Of a stretch of DNA of 64,000 nt, positions 20,427-28,962 are shown piece after piece. Below the pieces are notes generated by a model, which saw nothing but the letters and a program-made list of their open reading frames with translations, did no database searches and had not been told where the DNA came from. The first letter of the stretch is position 1. Each line of letters opens with the position of its first letter. The DNA lies in assembly GCA_036676395.1 (NCBI GenBank), contig JAKFCY010000002.1:32001-96000 (forward strand), given 5' to 3'. Both the position numbers and the translations under genes were made by a program. Source of the DNA: Bdellovibrio sp. GTDB lineage: Bacteria > Bdellovibrionota > Bdellovibrionia > Bdellovibrionales > Bdellovibrionaceae.

Positions 20427-21185
20427 ATGAAAAAATTATTTGTTATTATCACTGGGTTATTTCTATTTGCAGGTTGCGCTTCGATTCGAACCGACTCGTC
20501 AAATCCCACCCTGCAAAGCCCGATCACGACCACTTCAGAAAAATTAGGTTTTAATTTAGAACTGGGTTCATCAGATCGAATTAAATTTACCGATGATGCC
20601 AGCGCAAGACCACCAACGATTGCTTTAGTGCATAGCCGCAGTAATGATGTGCGTGCGAATTTACTTTACGGTATTAATCAAAGTCTTGATATCAGTGCCG
20701 GTATCACCAGCAGTGCGGGGTTAAATTTAGCTTCGCGCCTGCGTTTAATGGGTGACCACGCCTCAACCTGGTCGATGGCCGGAACATTGTTTCTAAATTT
20801 TGATAATAGTTCAAAATCTGGTGATCAATTGGGTGAATTTGGCCCGGGTGGTTATAACTGGAAAGCTGATGCAAGTTCTACTTTAGCCGCTCTAGGCATT
20901 GCTGTCGGTTACCGTAGTTCAGAAAATTTATTATTCATTGCCAATGCCGGCGTTGGCCAAACCACAGCCAAGTTAGAAATTACGCAGGAGCCTGGAACCA
21001 GCGATCCTGGCGGAAGTTACAGCAGTGATACTAAAGCGCCATTACATAATTTAGGCGTAGGCGCCGTTTTTGGTCGTGATGGTTTAGTGACCTTAGGTGT
21101 GATGCACACGCGCAAACAGTGGCAAGATTCAAGCTTAGGTGATACATCTACGACACACGCCATTTTAAAATTAGAGACACATTAA
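20427..21185 (+). CDS. Hypothetical lipoprotein, beta-strand rich
   Basis: Lipobox FAGC after a hydrophobic signal; alternating beta pattern. Confidence 0.65.
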   Translation: MKKLFVIITGLFLFAGCASIRTDSSNPTLQSPITTTSEKLGFNLELGSSDRIKFTDDASARPPTIALVHSRSNDVRANLLYGINQSLDISAGITSSAGLNLASRLRLMGDHASTWSMAGTLFLNFDNSSKSGDQLGEFGPGGYNWKADASSTLAALGIAVGYRSSENLLFIANAGVGQTTAKLEITQEPGTSDPGGSYSSDTKAPLHNLGVGAVFGRDGLVTLGVMHTRKQWQDSSLGDTSTTHAILKLETH

Positions 21186-21186
21186 T

Positions 21187-21810
21187 ATGAAATATTGGAT
21201 ATTTGATTTAGACGGAACCCTAGTAGATTCATTCGGTGGTTATTTTTCAACTGTCGAAAAAATTTTAAATAAAACAATGAGTACTGAAGAGCGCAAAGTT
21301 TGTGTAAGCCTGCATCCGACAGATTTATTTGCAATGCATTTGCCGCCAGAAAAAAGCAAAGAAGCTTTAATGGAGCTTCGTCGCATGGACCCCGCAGCTG
21401 TAGCTAATGTGGCAAAATTTTCTGCAATTGATAATTTGTTTCAGCATTTAAAAGCCAAGGGCTGTCATATCTCTATTTTTACCAGCCGCGATTTAACGTC
21501 AGCTAAGATGACTATTAAAGGTGCGGGCTTACATCAATATGTCGATCATTTAATTTCTGGCGACTGCGTGTCTGAGAAAAAACCAAATCCAGAAGGCCTA
21601 CACCAGTTACAAAAACTATATAACTGTAAATACGAAGACATGGTCATGATCGGTGATCATGACTGTGATATGCAAGCTGGCACACAAGTTGGCGCTTATT
21701 CAGTGCGCGCCAGCTGGCATACGCACTGGGAGCACGAAAACTGCGAATTGGCGAATCAGCAATTTCATTCTGATGATCATTTCTTATCGTGGGTTAAAGA
21801 AACTATCTAA
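21187..21810 (+). CDS. HAD-superfamily hydrolase (phosphoglycolate phosphatase-like)
   Basis: FDLDGTLVDS, KKPNP, MIGDHDCD. Confidence 0.9.
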   Translation: MKYWIFDLDGTLVDSFGGYFSTVEKILNKTMSTEERKVCVSLHPTDLFAMHLPPEKSKEALMELRRMDPAAVANVAKFSAIDNLFQHLKAKGCHISIFTSRDLTSAKMTIKGAGLHQYVDHLISGDCVSEKKPNPEGLHQLQKLYNCKYEDMVMIGDHDCDMQAGTQVGAYSVRASWHTHWEHENCELANQQFHSDDHFLSWVKETI

Positions 21811-22715
21811 AGAATTTCGCTTAAAGCTTTTTGGCAAACGACGAATATTTTATCACTGACGATTTTTAATCGCGCTGATGAAGACATGGATATCGGTGAC
21901 ACCATTGAAACGGGAAAGCCCACGTTGCTCCATCCAGGTAAGACTCTAACTAATCTTTTTTGCTGGAGCTCTTGTTTTGCCAGATAACTCGGTACCAGCG
22001 CCACGCCGCCACCGGCAATAGCTACTTGCAGTAAACTTGTCATTTGATTGCTTTCAGTTTTAACGTTGATTGCAACCTTTGCAGATTCTTTTTTATTTTT
22101 TAAATCCCAACGTTGTGACACTGATAAACCTGCAATACTTAAACAATCGTGTTTTGCCAAATCCTGGGGTGAATTTATTTTTTCGCGTTTTTCTAAATAC
22201 TGCGGCGATGCGACCGGTATCAAATTCACTTCACCGATGCGTTTGGCTTTTAAGCCGCTTTGTTTAAGCGCACCGATGCGAATCGCAAAATCAAAACCAT
22301 CTTTCACTAAATCAATCACTTGGTTGGTGTAATACAATTCAAAAGAAAGCTTGTCATAAATTTGCGATAGTTCACCGATCATCGGGGCAATAACATGCGT
22401 GCCTAAATCTTCTGGAGCGGTGATTCTGATTTTTCCGGCAACGATAGCATCTTGGCCAAATAGGGATTTTTGGGCGTCTTCTAAAATTTGTAGTGGTTCT
22501 AAACAGGTCTCATAAAAGGCGCGACCAGAAGCTGTTAAGGTTTGGCTGCGCGTGGTGCGGATTAAAAGTTTTGTGCCGGTTTCGCGCTCTAAGCGAGAGA
22601 TCGCTTTACTGACCGTAGATTTAGGAATTTTCAATGAATCCGCAGCCTTAGAGAAGCTGCCGTGCTGAATGACTTTGACAAAAATGCGGGTCAGTTCAAT
22701 TCCTATTGTTTCCAT
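21807..22715 (-). CDS. LysR family transcriptional regulator (CrgA-like)
   Basis: GSFSKAADSL...SKAISRLE...LLIRTTR; DLVKDGFDFAIRIG. Confidence 0.95.
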   Translation of the reverse strand: METIGIELTRIFVKVIQHGSFSKAADSLKIPKSTVSKAISRLERETGTKLLIRTTRSQTLTASGRAFYETCLEPLQILEDAQKSLFGQDAIVAGKIRITAPEDLGTHVIAPMIGELSQIYDKLSFELYYTNQVIDLVKDGFDFAIRIGALKQSGLKAKRIGEVNLIPVASPQYLEKREKINSPQDLAKHDCLSIAGLSVSQRWDLKNKKESAKVAINVKTESNQMTSLLQVAIAGGGVALVPSYLAKQELQQKRLVRVLPGWSNVGFPVSMVSPISMSSSARLKIVSDKIFVVCQKALSEIL

Positions 22716-22726
22716 ATAGAAACAAT
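22705..22726. promoter_or_regulatory. LysR binding palindrome overlapping the lysR start codon
   Basis: ATTGTTTC-N6-GAAACAAT between the divergent lysR and NmrA-like genes. Confidence 0.6.
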
Positions 22727-22812
22727 GTAATTCAATCAGACCATCTAATCAACAATCGAAAACTAGGCGATAATGTTTGCATACAGTCATTCATCAAACA
22801 AAAGGAGTTTAT

Positions 22813-23658
22813 ATGAAAAAAGATTTAATATTAGTGGTTGGGGCATCAGGCACCGTGGGTTCTGAAATCGTTCGTCAGTTAAAAGCAGAAGGTTATGCTG
22901 TTCGTGCAACCACCAGTAAACCAGTTAGCGAAAATACTTCAGAATTAGTTCATGTGAATATGGCTACTGGCGAAGGCATCAAAGCAGCCTTTGAAAATGT
23001 CGATAAGGCATTTTTACTATCGCCTCCGGGTTACGCCGATCAGTACGCGATGTTATCGCCCTTAGTTCAAGAAGCTAAACGCCGGGCTTTAAAAAAAGTA
23101 GTGTTAATGACAGCTATGGGAGCCAATGCTAATGAAGCTGCCCCATTTCGTAAAGTAGAAATCGAATTAGAAAAATCGGGTTTAAATTATAACATCATCC
23201 GCCCGAATTGGTTTATGCAAAATTTTAACTCGTTCTGGTTGCAAGGTATTCGCGAACAGAAAAAAATTCTATTACCAGCCGGTAAAGCTAAAGTAAGTTT
23301 TATTGATGCCCGCGATATTTCAACAGTGGCGACTAAATTATTAATCAGTGATGAATTTAATAATAAAGATTTTGATTTAACTGGTCCACAAGCTGTCGAT
23401 CATGATTATGTAGCCGCACAGATCAGTACAGCTACTGAAGATACAATTACTTATAAAGAAACTACACCAGAAGAATTTCGTCAGGGTTTAACCGCTGCAG
23501 GTCTACCCAATGATTATGTCGATTTTATGGTAATGATTATGGGATTTTTACGTGAAGGTTACAGCGCCGCTGTAAATGATAATGTTAAAAAAATCACTGG
23601 CCGCGAAGCCATTGCCGTTTCGCAATATGCGCAAGATTATAAAAATTCTTGGAAGTAG
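22813..23658 (+). CDS. NmrA-like / atypical SDR NAD(P)H-binding protein
   Basis: GASGTVG, IRPNWFMQN, SFIDARDI; AGGAG RBS before ATG 22813. Confidence 0.88.
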   Translation: MKKDLILVVGASGTVGSEIVRQLKAEGYAVRATTSKPVSENTSELVHVNMATGEGIKAAFENVDKAFLLSPPGYADQYAMLSPLVQEAKRRALKKVVLMTAMGANANEAAPFRKVEIELEKSGLNYNIIRPNWFMQNFNSFWLQGIREQKKILLPAGKAKVSFIDARDISTVATKLLISDEFNNKDFDLTGPQAVDHDYVAAQISTATEDTITYKETTPEEFRQGLTAAGLPNDYVDFMVMIMGFLREGYSAAVNDNVKKITGREAIAVSQYAQDYKNSWK

Positions 23659-23745
23659 CTGAATGTAGATTAGGGAAATTCGCCACTGTGGCGGGTGAAA
23701 AGGCTACGTCGACGTTCCCATTATATCCTATTGACCTTCTGCGCT

Positions 23746-23760
23746 TGGCGACTTTTTTGC
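23746..23760 (+). promoter_or_regulatory. Sigma-54 -24/-12 promoter
   Basis: TGGCGA-CTTTT-TTGC, 30 bp upstream of ATG 23791. Confidence 0.65.
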
Positions 23761-23790
23761 ACAAATTGCCCAATGCAGAGGGGTGTATTT

Positions 23791-24300
23791 ATGAAGACAG
23801 ATAAACATTTTATATTTTTGGTTGAAGATAATGCCGATGATGAAGCGTTAACATTACGCGCCCTGAAGAAAAATAACATCAGCAATCAAGTCATTGTGGC
23901 TCGTGATGGAGCAGAGGCTTTAGAATTTTTGTTTGCCGAAGGCAAATACGCCGACCGTGACATGACGGTACAGCCGCAAGTGATGTTGCTTGATTTAAAC
24001 CTGCCAAAAATTGATGGATTAAACGTTTTAAAAAAAATGCGCAGTGACGAGCGCACGAAACTGATTCCAGTGGTGATCTTAACATCGTCAAAAGAAGACC
24101 AAGATATTATTGAAGGTTATAGTTTAGGCGCCAACAGTTATGTGCGTAAACCTGTGGATTTCAACGATTTCAGCGAAGCTATTCGTCAACTTGGACTTTA
24201 TTGGTTAATACTAAATGAAGTCGCAAAAGCTCCGCAGACAGATCAGATGGCGCAAATTAATCGTGCACCGGCAGAAAATAAATCATTCACTCATCACTAG
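23791..24300 (+). CDS. Single-domain response regulator (Rcp1-like)
   Basis: LVEDN, LLDLNLPKIDG, ILTSS, GANSYVRKP, YWL. Confidence 0.92.
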   Translation: MKTDKHFIFLVEDNADDEALTLRALKKNNISNQVIVARDGAEALEFLFAEGKYADRDMTVQPQVMLLDLNLPKIDGLNVLKKMRSDERTKLIPVVILTSSKEDQDIIEGYSLGANSYVRKPVDFNDFSEAIRQLGLYWLILNEVAKAPQTDQMAQINRAPAENKSFTHH

Positions 24301-24315
24301 CTTCGGGAGCCCAGC

Positions 24316-25500
24316 GTGAAACTTTTTTTTCTGGTCATGATAATTTCTATTTCTGTTTCTGCGGCAGAAACTAAAACCGCAGATGGTAACGCTATTGAAG
24401 ATATCGAACAGCGAATTATCGAATTAGAACAACGTCAAAAAGACATTAACATCTGGTACGAAAATTTTTATCTTTTAGGAAAAGGCAGAGTAGCGCCATT
24501 TTTAGGAGAAAGCATGTCGATTGGCGGTTTTTTTGAAACTGCGGTGACTCATCTTTACGGACCAGATATGGCAACGCAAACTTCAGGAAATATTCATACT
24601 TTAGGTTTAAATTTAGCTGCGCAGTTTAATGAAAAAACTAAATTTGTAACTCAGACTGTGACTCGATTAGTAATTCCGCTCAGAAATTTAAATAACAATC
24701 CTAATTTAACCCCACCACAGCGTGGTTTTGTGGGTTATAACTTTTTTTCAATCGTAGCTCAGGGTTATCTTGAATATCGAATCTCAGATTTTGTTACTGT
24801 GCAGTCTGGTCTTGGTTATACGCCCTTCGGAATTGCTTCGCAGCAACGCGAACCGCAGTTGTTTCGCCTGCGGGGTGGTTCACAAATCATTGCCTATGAC
24901 GACGGAGACACCATAGGAATTTTATCTCCGCTATGGACAGGTTTGCATTTTTACGGTGTTGTACCAGTGAATCGCAATCTTGGTTATAATGTGTATACAT
25001 TTACTCCGGTGACTAAAGTTTCAACCTTGGGAATCGGTGGCAGACTTTGGTATAAAGCCAGCGAAAATGTGATGATCGGAACCTCAGCACAGTCGGGTGA
25101 ACAGGCTAAAGGGCATTTTTTTTCACACGGATTTGATGTGGATTTAAAATACAATGAGTATGGTTTTGTGTCTGAATATGGACATGCAACTAATTCTGGT
25201 AATGTGCTTGATGCAGAGTTTTATTATTTTGAACCCTACGTGAAATTTGCAAAAGATCGATGGATGTTTTTTTTAAACGCTGAATATATTGATACTCTCG
25301 AGCGTACCGATGTTTTTACTCACCTTCCAGATCCGGTTAAAAAATGGCAATACGGTGGGGGACTCAATTGGCTGCCGATACCGAATGCGCGTTTGCGTTT
25401 AACTTATTTGTATCATGATTATATTGATGAAACTAATACGATCAGTGGGCAAGAGCGTGATTACAACGTCATTGATTTTTCAACGGCAGTAGCCTTTTAG
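24316..25500 (+). CDS. Putative outer-membrane porin-like beta-barrel, paralog A
   Basis: Signal peptide, short coiled coil, amphipathic beta strands, C-terminal Phe (TAVAF). Confidence 0.7.
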   Translation: MKLFFLVMIISISVSAAETKTADGNAIEDIEQRIIELEQRQKDINIWYENFYLLGKGRVAPFLGESMSIGGFFETAVTHLYGPDMATQTSGNIHTLGLNLAAQFNEKTKFVTQTVTRLVIPLRNLNNNPNLTPPQRGFVGYNFFSIVAQGYLEYRISDFVTVQSGLGYTPFGIASQQREPQLFRLRGGSQIIAYDDGDTIGILSPLWTGLHFYGVVPVNRNLGYNVYTFTPVTKVSTLGIGGRLWYKASENVMIGTSAQSGEQAKGHFFSHGFDVDLKYNEYGFVSEYGHATNSGNVLDAEFYYFEPYVKFAKDRWMFFLNAEYIDTLERTDVFTHLPDPVKKWQYGGGLNWLPIPNARLRLTYLYHDYIDETNTISGQERDYNVIDFSTAVAF

Positions 25501-25507
25501 GTATAAG

Positions 25508-26689
25508 ATGCGGTTGATAATTGCTGTAACTATTTTTTCTTTAACTTTAATCGCACAAGCTAGCTTGGCCTCAGAAAAAATTGCCGAGCTTCAACAGCGT
25601 TTGCACGATCTCGAAATGCAGCAAAAAGAAATAGAAGACTGGTACACTAATTTTTATTTTTTAGGTAAAGACCGTGTGAGTTCGTTCTTGGATAATAAAA
25701 TTTTTTTGGGTGGATATTTTGAAACTAGTATTTCTAATATTAGTGGCCCAGATATGCCAACCCAAACATCTTCACAAAACCAGGCTTTAGGCATTAGTGT
25801 TACGGCGGAACTGAATGAAAACATTCGATTAGTTACCCAGACGTTAACAGCCGGTGGTATTCCTTTGCGCAATCAACATAACAACCCAAATTTGACGCCA
25901 ACACGCCGTGAGTATTCAGGTTATGTTTTTGGCTCTCTGCTGGCTCAGGGGTATTTAGAATACAGGCCAGGCAATTTTTTTAATTTACAAGCGGGATTAG
26001 GCTATATTCCCTTTGGAATAGCTTATCAACAGCGCGAACCAGTTTTATTTAAGAAGCGTGGGGGGCCACAAATGCTGCTTAATGATGATGGAACTGGCGT
26101 GGGTATCGCTTCAGCGCTTTGGATGGGATTGCATGTTTATGGATTGCTTCCTCTTGAGAAAAAAAGCTTAGGCTACAATTTGTATACAGTTCCTCCAGCA
26201 AGTAAAGTGAATATGATTGGAGCGGGCGGCAGACTTTGGTGGGCCGTGAATGAAAATTTAAAAACCGGCGTCTCTTTTCAATATGGAGAAAAAGTTCAGA
26301 ACAGTTATTTGAGTCAAGGTGTAGACATCGATTTCAAACATGGCAACTATGGATTTTTAAGTGAATATGCGGTCGTTGATTATTCGGGAAATAATTTAAG
26401 CGCAAAAAGTTATTATTTTGAACCCTACTATAAACTTTTCGAAGGCCGATGGATTGTTTTTGTAAACATAGACTATATAAAATTACCTACTCGGGTTGAT
26501 GCAGCTACGCAAACGCCTGATCCTATCGAAAAACGGTTTTATGGGGCCGGAGTTAATTGGTTGCCACTGCCTACAGTTCGGCTTCGGTTGAATTATTTAA
26601 AACACGATTACATTAAAGAAACTGATAGTATCGACGGGCAGAAACGTGACTATGCCCAAGTCGAATTTTCAATGGCCGTGGCCTTTTAG
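25508..26689 (+). CDS. Putative outer-membrane porin-like beta-barrel, paralog B
   Basis: Colinear with paralog A (NNPNLTP, AQGYLEYR, QQREP, YYFEPY, NWLP, AVAF). Confidence 0.7.
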   Translation: MRLIIAVTIFSLTLIAQASLASEKIAELQQRLHDLEMQQKEIEDWYTNFYFLGKDRVSSFLDNKIFLGGYFETSISNISGPDMPTQTSSQNQALGISVTAELNENIRLVTQTLTAGGIPLRNQHNNPNLTPTRREYSGYVFGSLLAQGYLEYRPGNFFNLQAGLGYIPFGIAYQQREPVLFKKRGGPQMLLNDDGTGVGIASALWMGLHVYGLLPLEKKSLGYNLYTVPPASKVNMIGAGGRLWWAVNENLKTGVSFQYGEKVQNSYLSQGVDIDFKHGNYGFLSEYAVVDYSGNNLSAKSYYFEPYYKLFEGRWIVFVNIDYIKLPTRVDAATQTPDPIEKRFYGAGVNWLPLPTVRLRLNYLKHDYIKETDSIDGQKRDYAQVEFSMAVAF

Positions 26690-26697
26690 GAAAAAAA

Positions 26698-27138
26698 ATG
26701 ACTCTGCGAAATTACATAATCATTATTACGATCATGTTAGCTTTGCAAATAGCATTGGCACAATCTGATGATGTCGTGTTTATTGTCAATGCCGAAAATC
26801 CGGCCGAGAAAATAACTGTTACAGAAATTCGCGATTTCTATTTTAAACGTAAACGCCGCTGGAACAACGGCGAAAGTATTCGCTTTATGGATAGAACTAA
26901 TGGGCCCCTGCGCGAAAAATTTTTAAAAAAGTACATTAATAAAACAACCTCTGATGTTGAACTTTTCTGGATCGGCCAAAAACTTTATTCGGGAGACAGC
27001 GCACCCTTAAAAGAAGCCTCTGATTCTACCACGATGCGTTTCGTGGGTTCGCTTAAAGGAGCGATCGGCTATGTCTCAGAAGCTACGGTTTTACGTAAAA
27101 ATGTAAAAGTGATTAAAGTAGAAAGTGTAGAGGAATAG
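26698..27138 (+). CDS. Small periplasmic binding protein (PstS-like PBP fragment family)
   Basis: Signal peptide; VFIVNAENP, I..FY..RKRRW, GAIGYV. Confidence 0.75.
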   Translation: MTLRNYIIIITIMLALQIALAQSDDVVFIVNAENPAEKITVTEIRDFYFKRKRRWNNGESIRFMDRTNGPLREKFLKKYINKTTSDVELFWIGQKLYSGDSAPLKEASDSTTMRFVGSLKGAIGYVSEATVLRKNVKVIKVESVEE

Positions 27139-27141
27139 TCT

Positions 27142-28962
27142 ATCAATACACTGAAGCAGACCAAATCTATTACTAGAAGTTTAACGGTAACCATTGCGGT
27201 TATTTCGTTATTACTTTTATTAGAAGTCATTGGTATCGGTCTTGCCAGTCGTAATACTTTAGAGGGTTTGACCGATTTACACCGAACGATTCAGGTGATT
27301 AATCAGGTGCGCAATTTGCGTCAGGTCGTTGCAACCCGCACTCAATTTTTAAAAGATTTTGCACGTGATAATAAAGCAAGTGCCGAAGAAGCTGTTATTT
27401 TAGATAATATTGAAAAACAAACCGATGATTTATTCGTCGTTTGTTTGCAATTAAGTACCGCACATAAAGACGTTAACAGCTTAATTGCTGAAGCTCAAAA
27501 GGGCTTATTAGAAGAGCGAGTTCTTTCGCGTAAAATGCTGTCTGATCCTAACAGCATTTTTGAATCAACTGTTGTCGATCAAATTATTCTTGAAGCGCAA
27601 GATTCTTTGGGAAAAGTTCAGCTCGTTCTATCAAAAGATTCTGATGCGTTGTTTGAGCGAATTTTTAATTCGCGCTTTATACCTTTGATCGTGGCTGTTG
27701 TTCTGGCTTTAATTTTTTTAGTTTTTGCTCTGTTCATGGGGTATCGATTAAAACGCCAAATAGATTTACCGATTAAAAATCTAATTCAAAGTACAAAACA
27801 ACTGGCTGAAGGAAATCTTCGCGCTCGCGCCACTATTTATGATGTGGATGAACTCGGATTATTAGCTCATGCCTTTAATGCGATGGCCGGAACTCTTGAG
27901 CAAAGCACGGTGTCACGCGGCTATATCGAAAGTATTTTAGAATCAATGTTCAACTGTGTATTGGTGTTAGATAACAAAGGCACAATTTTGACCGTAAATC
28001 GGTTAACCGTGCAAACGTTCGGTTATTCAAAAACAGAATTAATTGGCTTATCAATGAAAGCCATTTTGCATGAGGATGTTGAATTACTAGATCCTAATTC
28101 GAATATAGAGACTGATGCCTACACTCGCTCGGGCCGAAAATTTCCCGTTTTAGTTTCGGTAGCTGATTTAGACGAGCAGGCAAAGATGCCCTCGAATTTA
28201 AGAGTTTGCGTCATTCAGGACATTTCTGAAAGTAAAAGATTAGAAAGCGAAATTAAAGAACGTAACTTAGCATTAAACGCCGCAAATCAAGAACTTGAGG
28301 CCTTTAGTTATTCGGTATCTCATGATTTACGAGCTCCACTTCGAATTATCGACGGGTTTAGCCAAGCATTAGTTGAAGATGCAGGTGATCAGCTACAGGG
28401 TGAGGCTAAAGTTCATTTAGAACGTATTCGTGCGGGCGTGCAACGAATGGGACAACTTATCGACGCTGTTTTAAATTTATCGCGTCTAACCAGAGCCGCA
28501 ATGACTGTCGTTGATTTAGATTTAACTGCGATGGCAAAAAGCATTATCGCAGAACTGCGCGGCCTTGAGCCAAATCGTAAAGCCGAAGTTATCATCCAAG
28601 AAGGAATGCATGCAAATGGCGATTTAGTGCTGATGAAAGTGACCTTAGAAAATTTAATCGGTAATGCTTGGAAATACACTTCTAAAAAAGAAGTCGCGCA
28701 AATCCAATTTGGTCAAACAACGAAAGATGGCCTTGAAGTTTTTTACATTCAAGATAACGGGGCTGGTTTTGATATGAATTACGCGAAAAAATTATTTACA
28801 CCGTTTCAGCGTTTACACACACAAAATGAGTTTTCAGGAACAGGTATTGGTTTAGCCAGCGTAAAAAGAATTATTCATCGTCATGCAGGAACTATCTGGG
28901 TAGAAAGTGCTGTGGGTGAAGGTACAACATTTTATTTTACATTGGCGGCGGCGCCAACCTAG
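27142..28962 (+). CDS. Membrane sensor histidine kinase (TM-sensor-TM-HAMP-PAS-HisKA-HATPase); start uncertain (ATC 27142 versus TTG 27268)
   Basis: FSYSVSHDLRAPL H-box, NLIGNAWKY, DNGAGF, GTGIGL; the open frame upstream of 27268 encodes TM1. Confidence 0.88.
   Translation: MNTLKQTKSITRSLTVTIAVISLLLLLEVIGIGLASRNTLEGLTDLHRTIQVINQVRNLRQVVATRTQFLKDFARDNKASAEEAVILDNIEKQTDDLFVVCLQLSTAHKDVNSLIAEAQKGLLEERVLSRKMLSDPNSIFESTVVDQIILEAQDSLGKVQLVLSKDSDALFERIFNSRFIPLIVAVVLALIFLVFALFMGYRLKRQIDLPIKNLIQSTKQLAEGNLRARATIYDVDELGLLAHAFNAMAGTLEQSTVSRGYIESILESMFNCVLVLDNKGTILTVNRLTVQTFGYSKTELIGLSMKAILHEDVELLDPNSNIETDAYTRSGRKFPVLVSVADLDEQAKMPSNLRVCVIQDISESKRLESEIKERNLALNAANQELEAFSYSVSHDLRAPLRIIDGFSQALVEDAGDQLQGEAKVHLERIRAGVQRMGQLIDAVLNLSRLTRAAMTVVDLDLTAMAKSIIAELRGLEPNRKAEVIIQEGMHANGDLVLMKVTLENLIGNAWKYTSKKEVAQIQFGQTTKDGLEVFYIQDNGAGFDMNYAKKLFTPFQRLHTQNEFSGTGIGLASVKRIIHRHAGTIWVESAVGEGTTFYFTLAAAPT

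Noticed and set aside
26698..28962. Amber read-through fusing the PBP to the kinase
   Set aside because: A periplasmic PBP followed by two TM helices would put the kinase core in the periplasm; an independent start fits better
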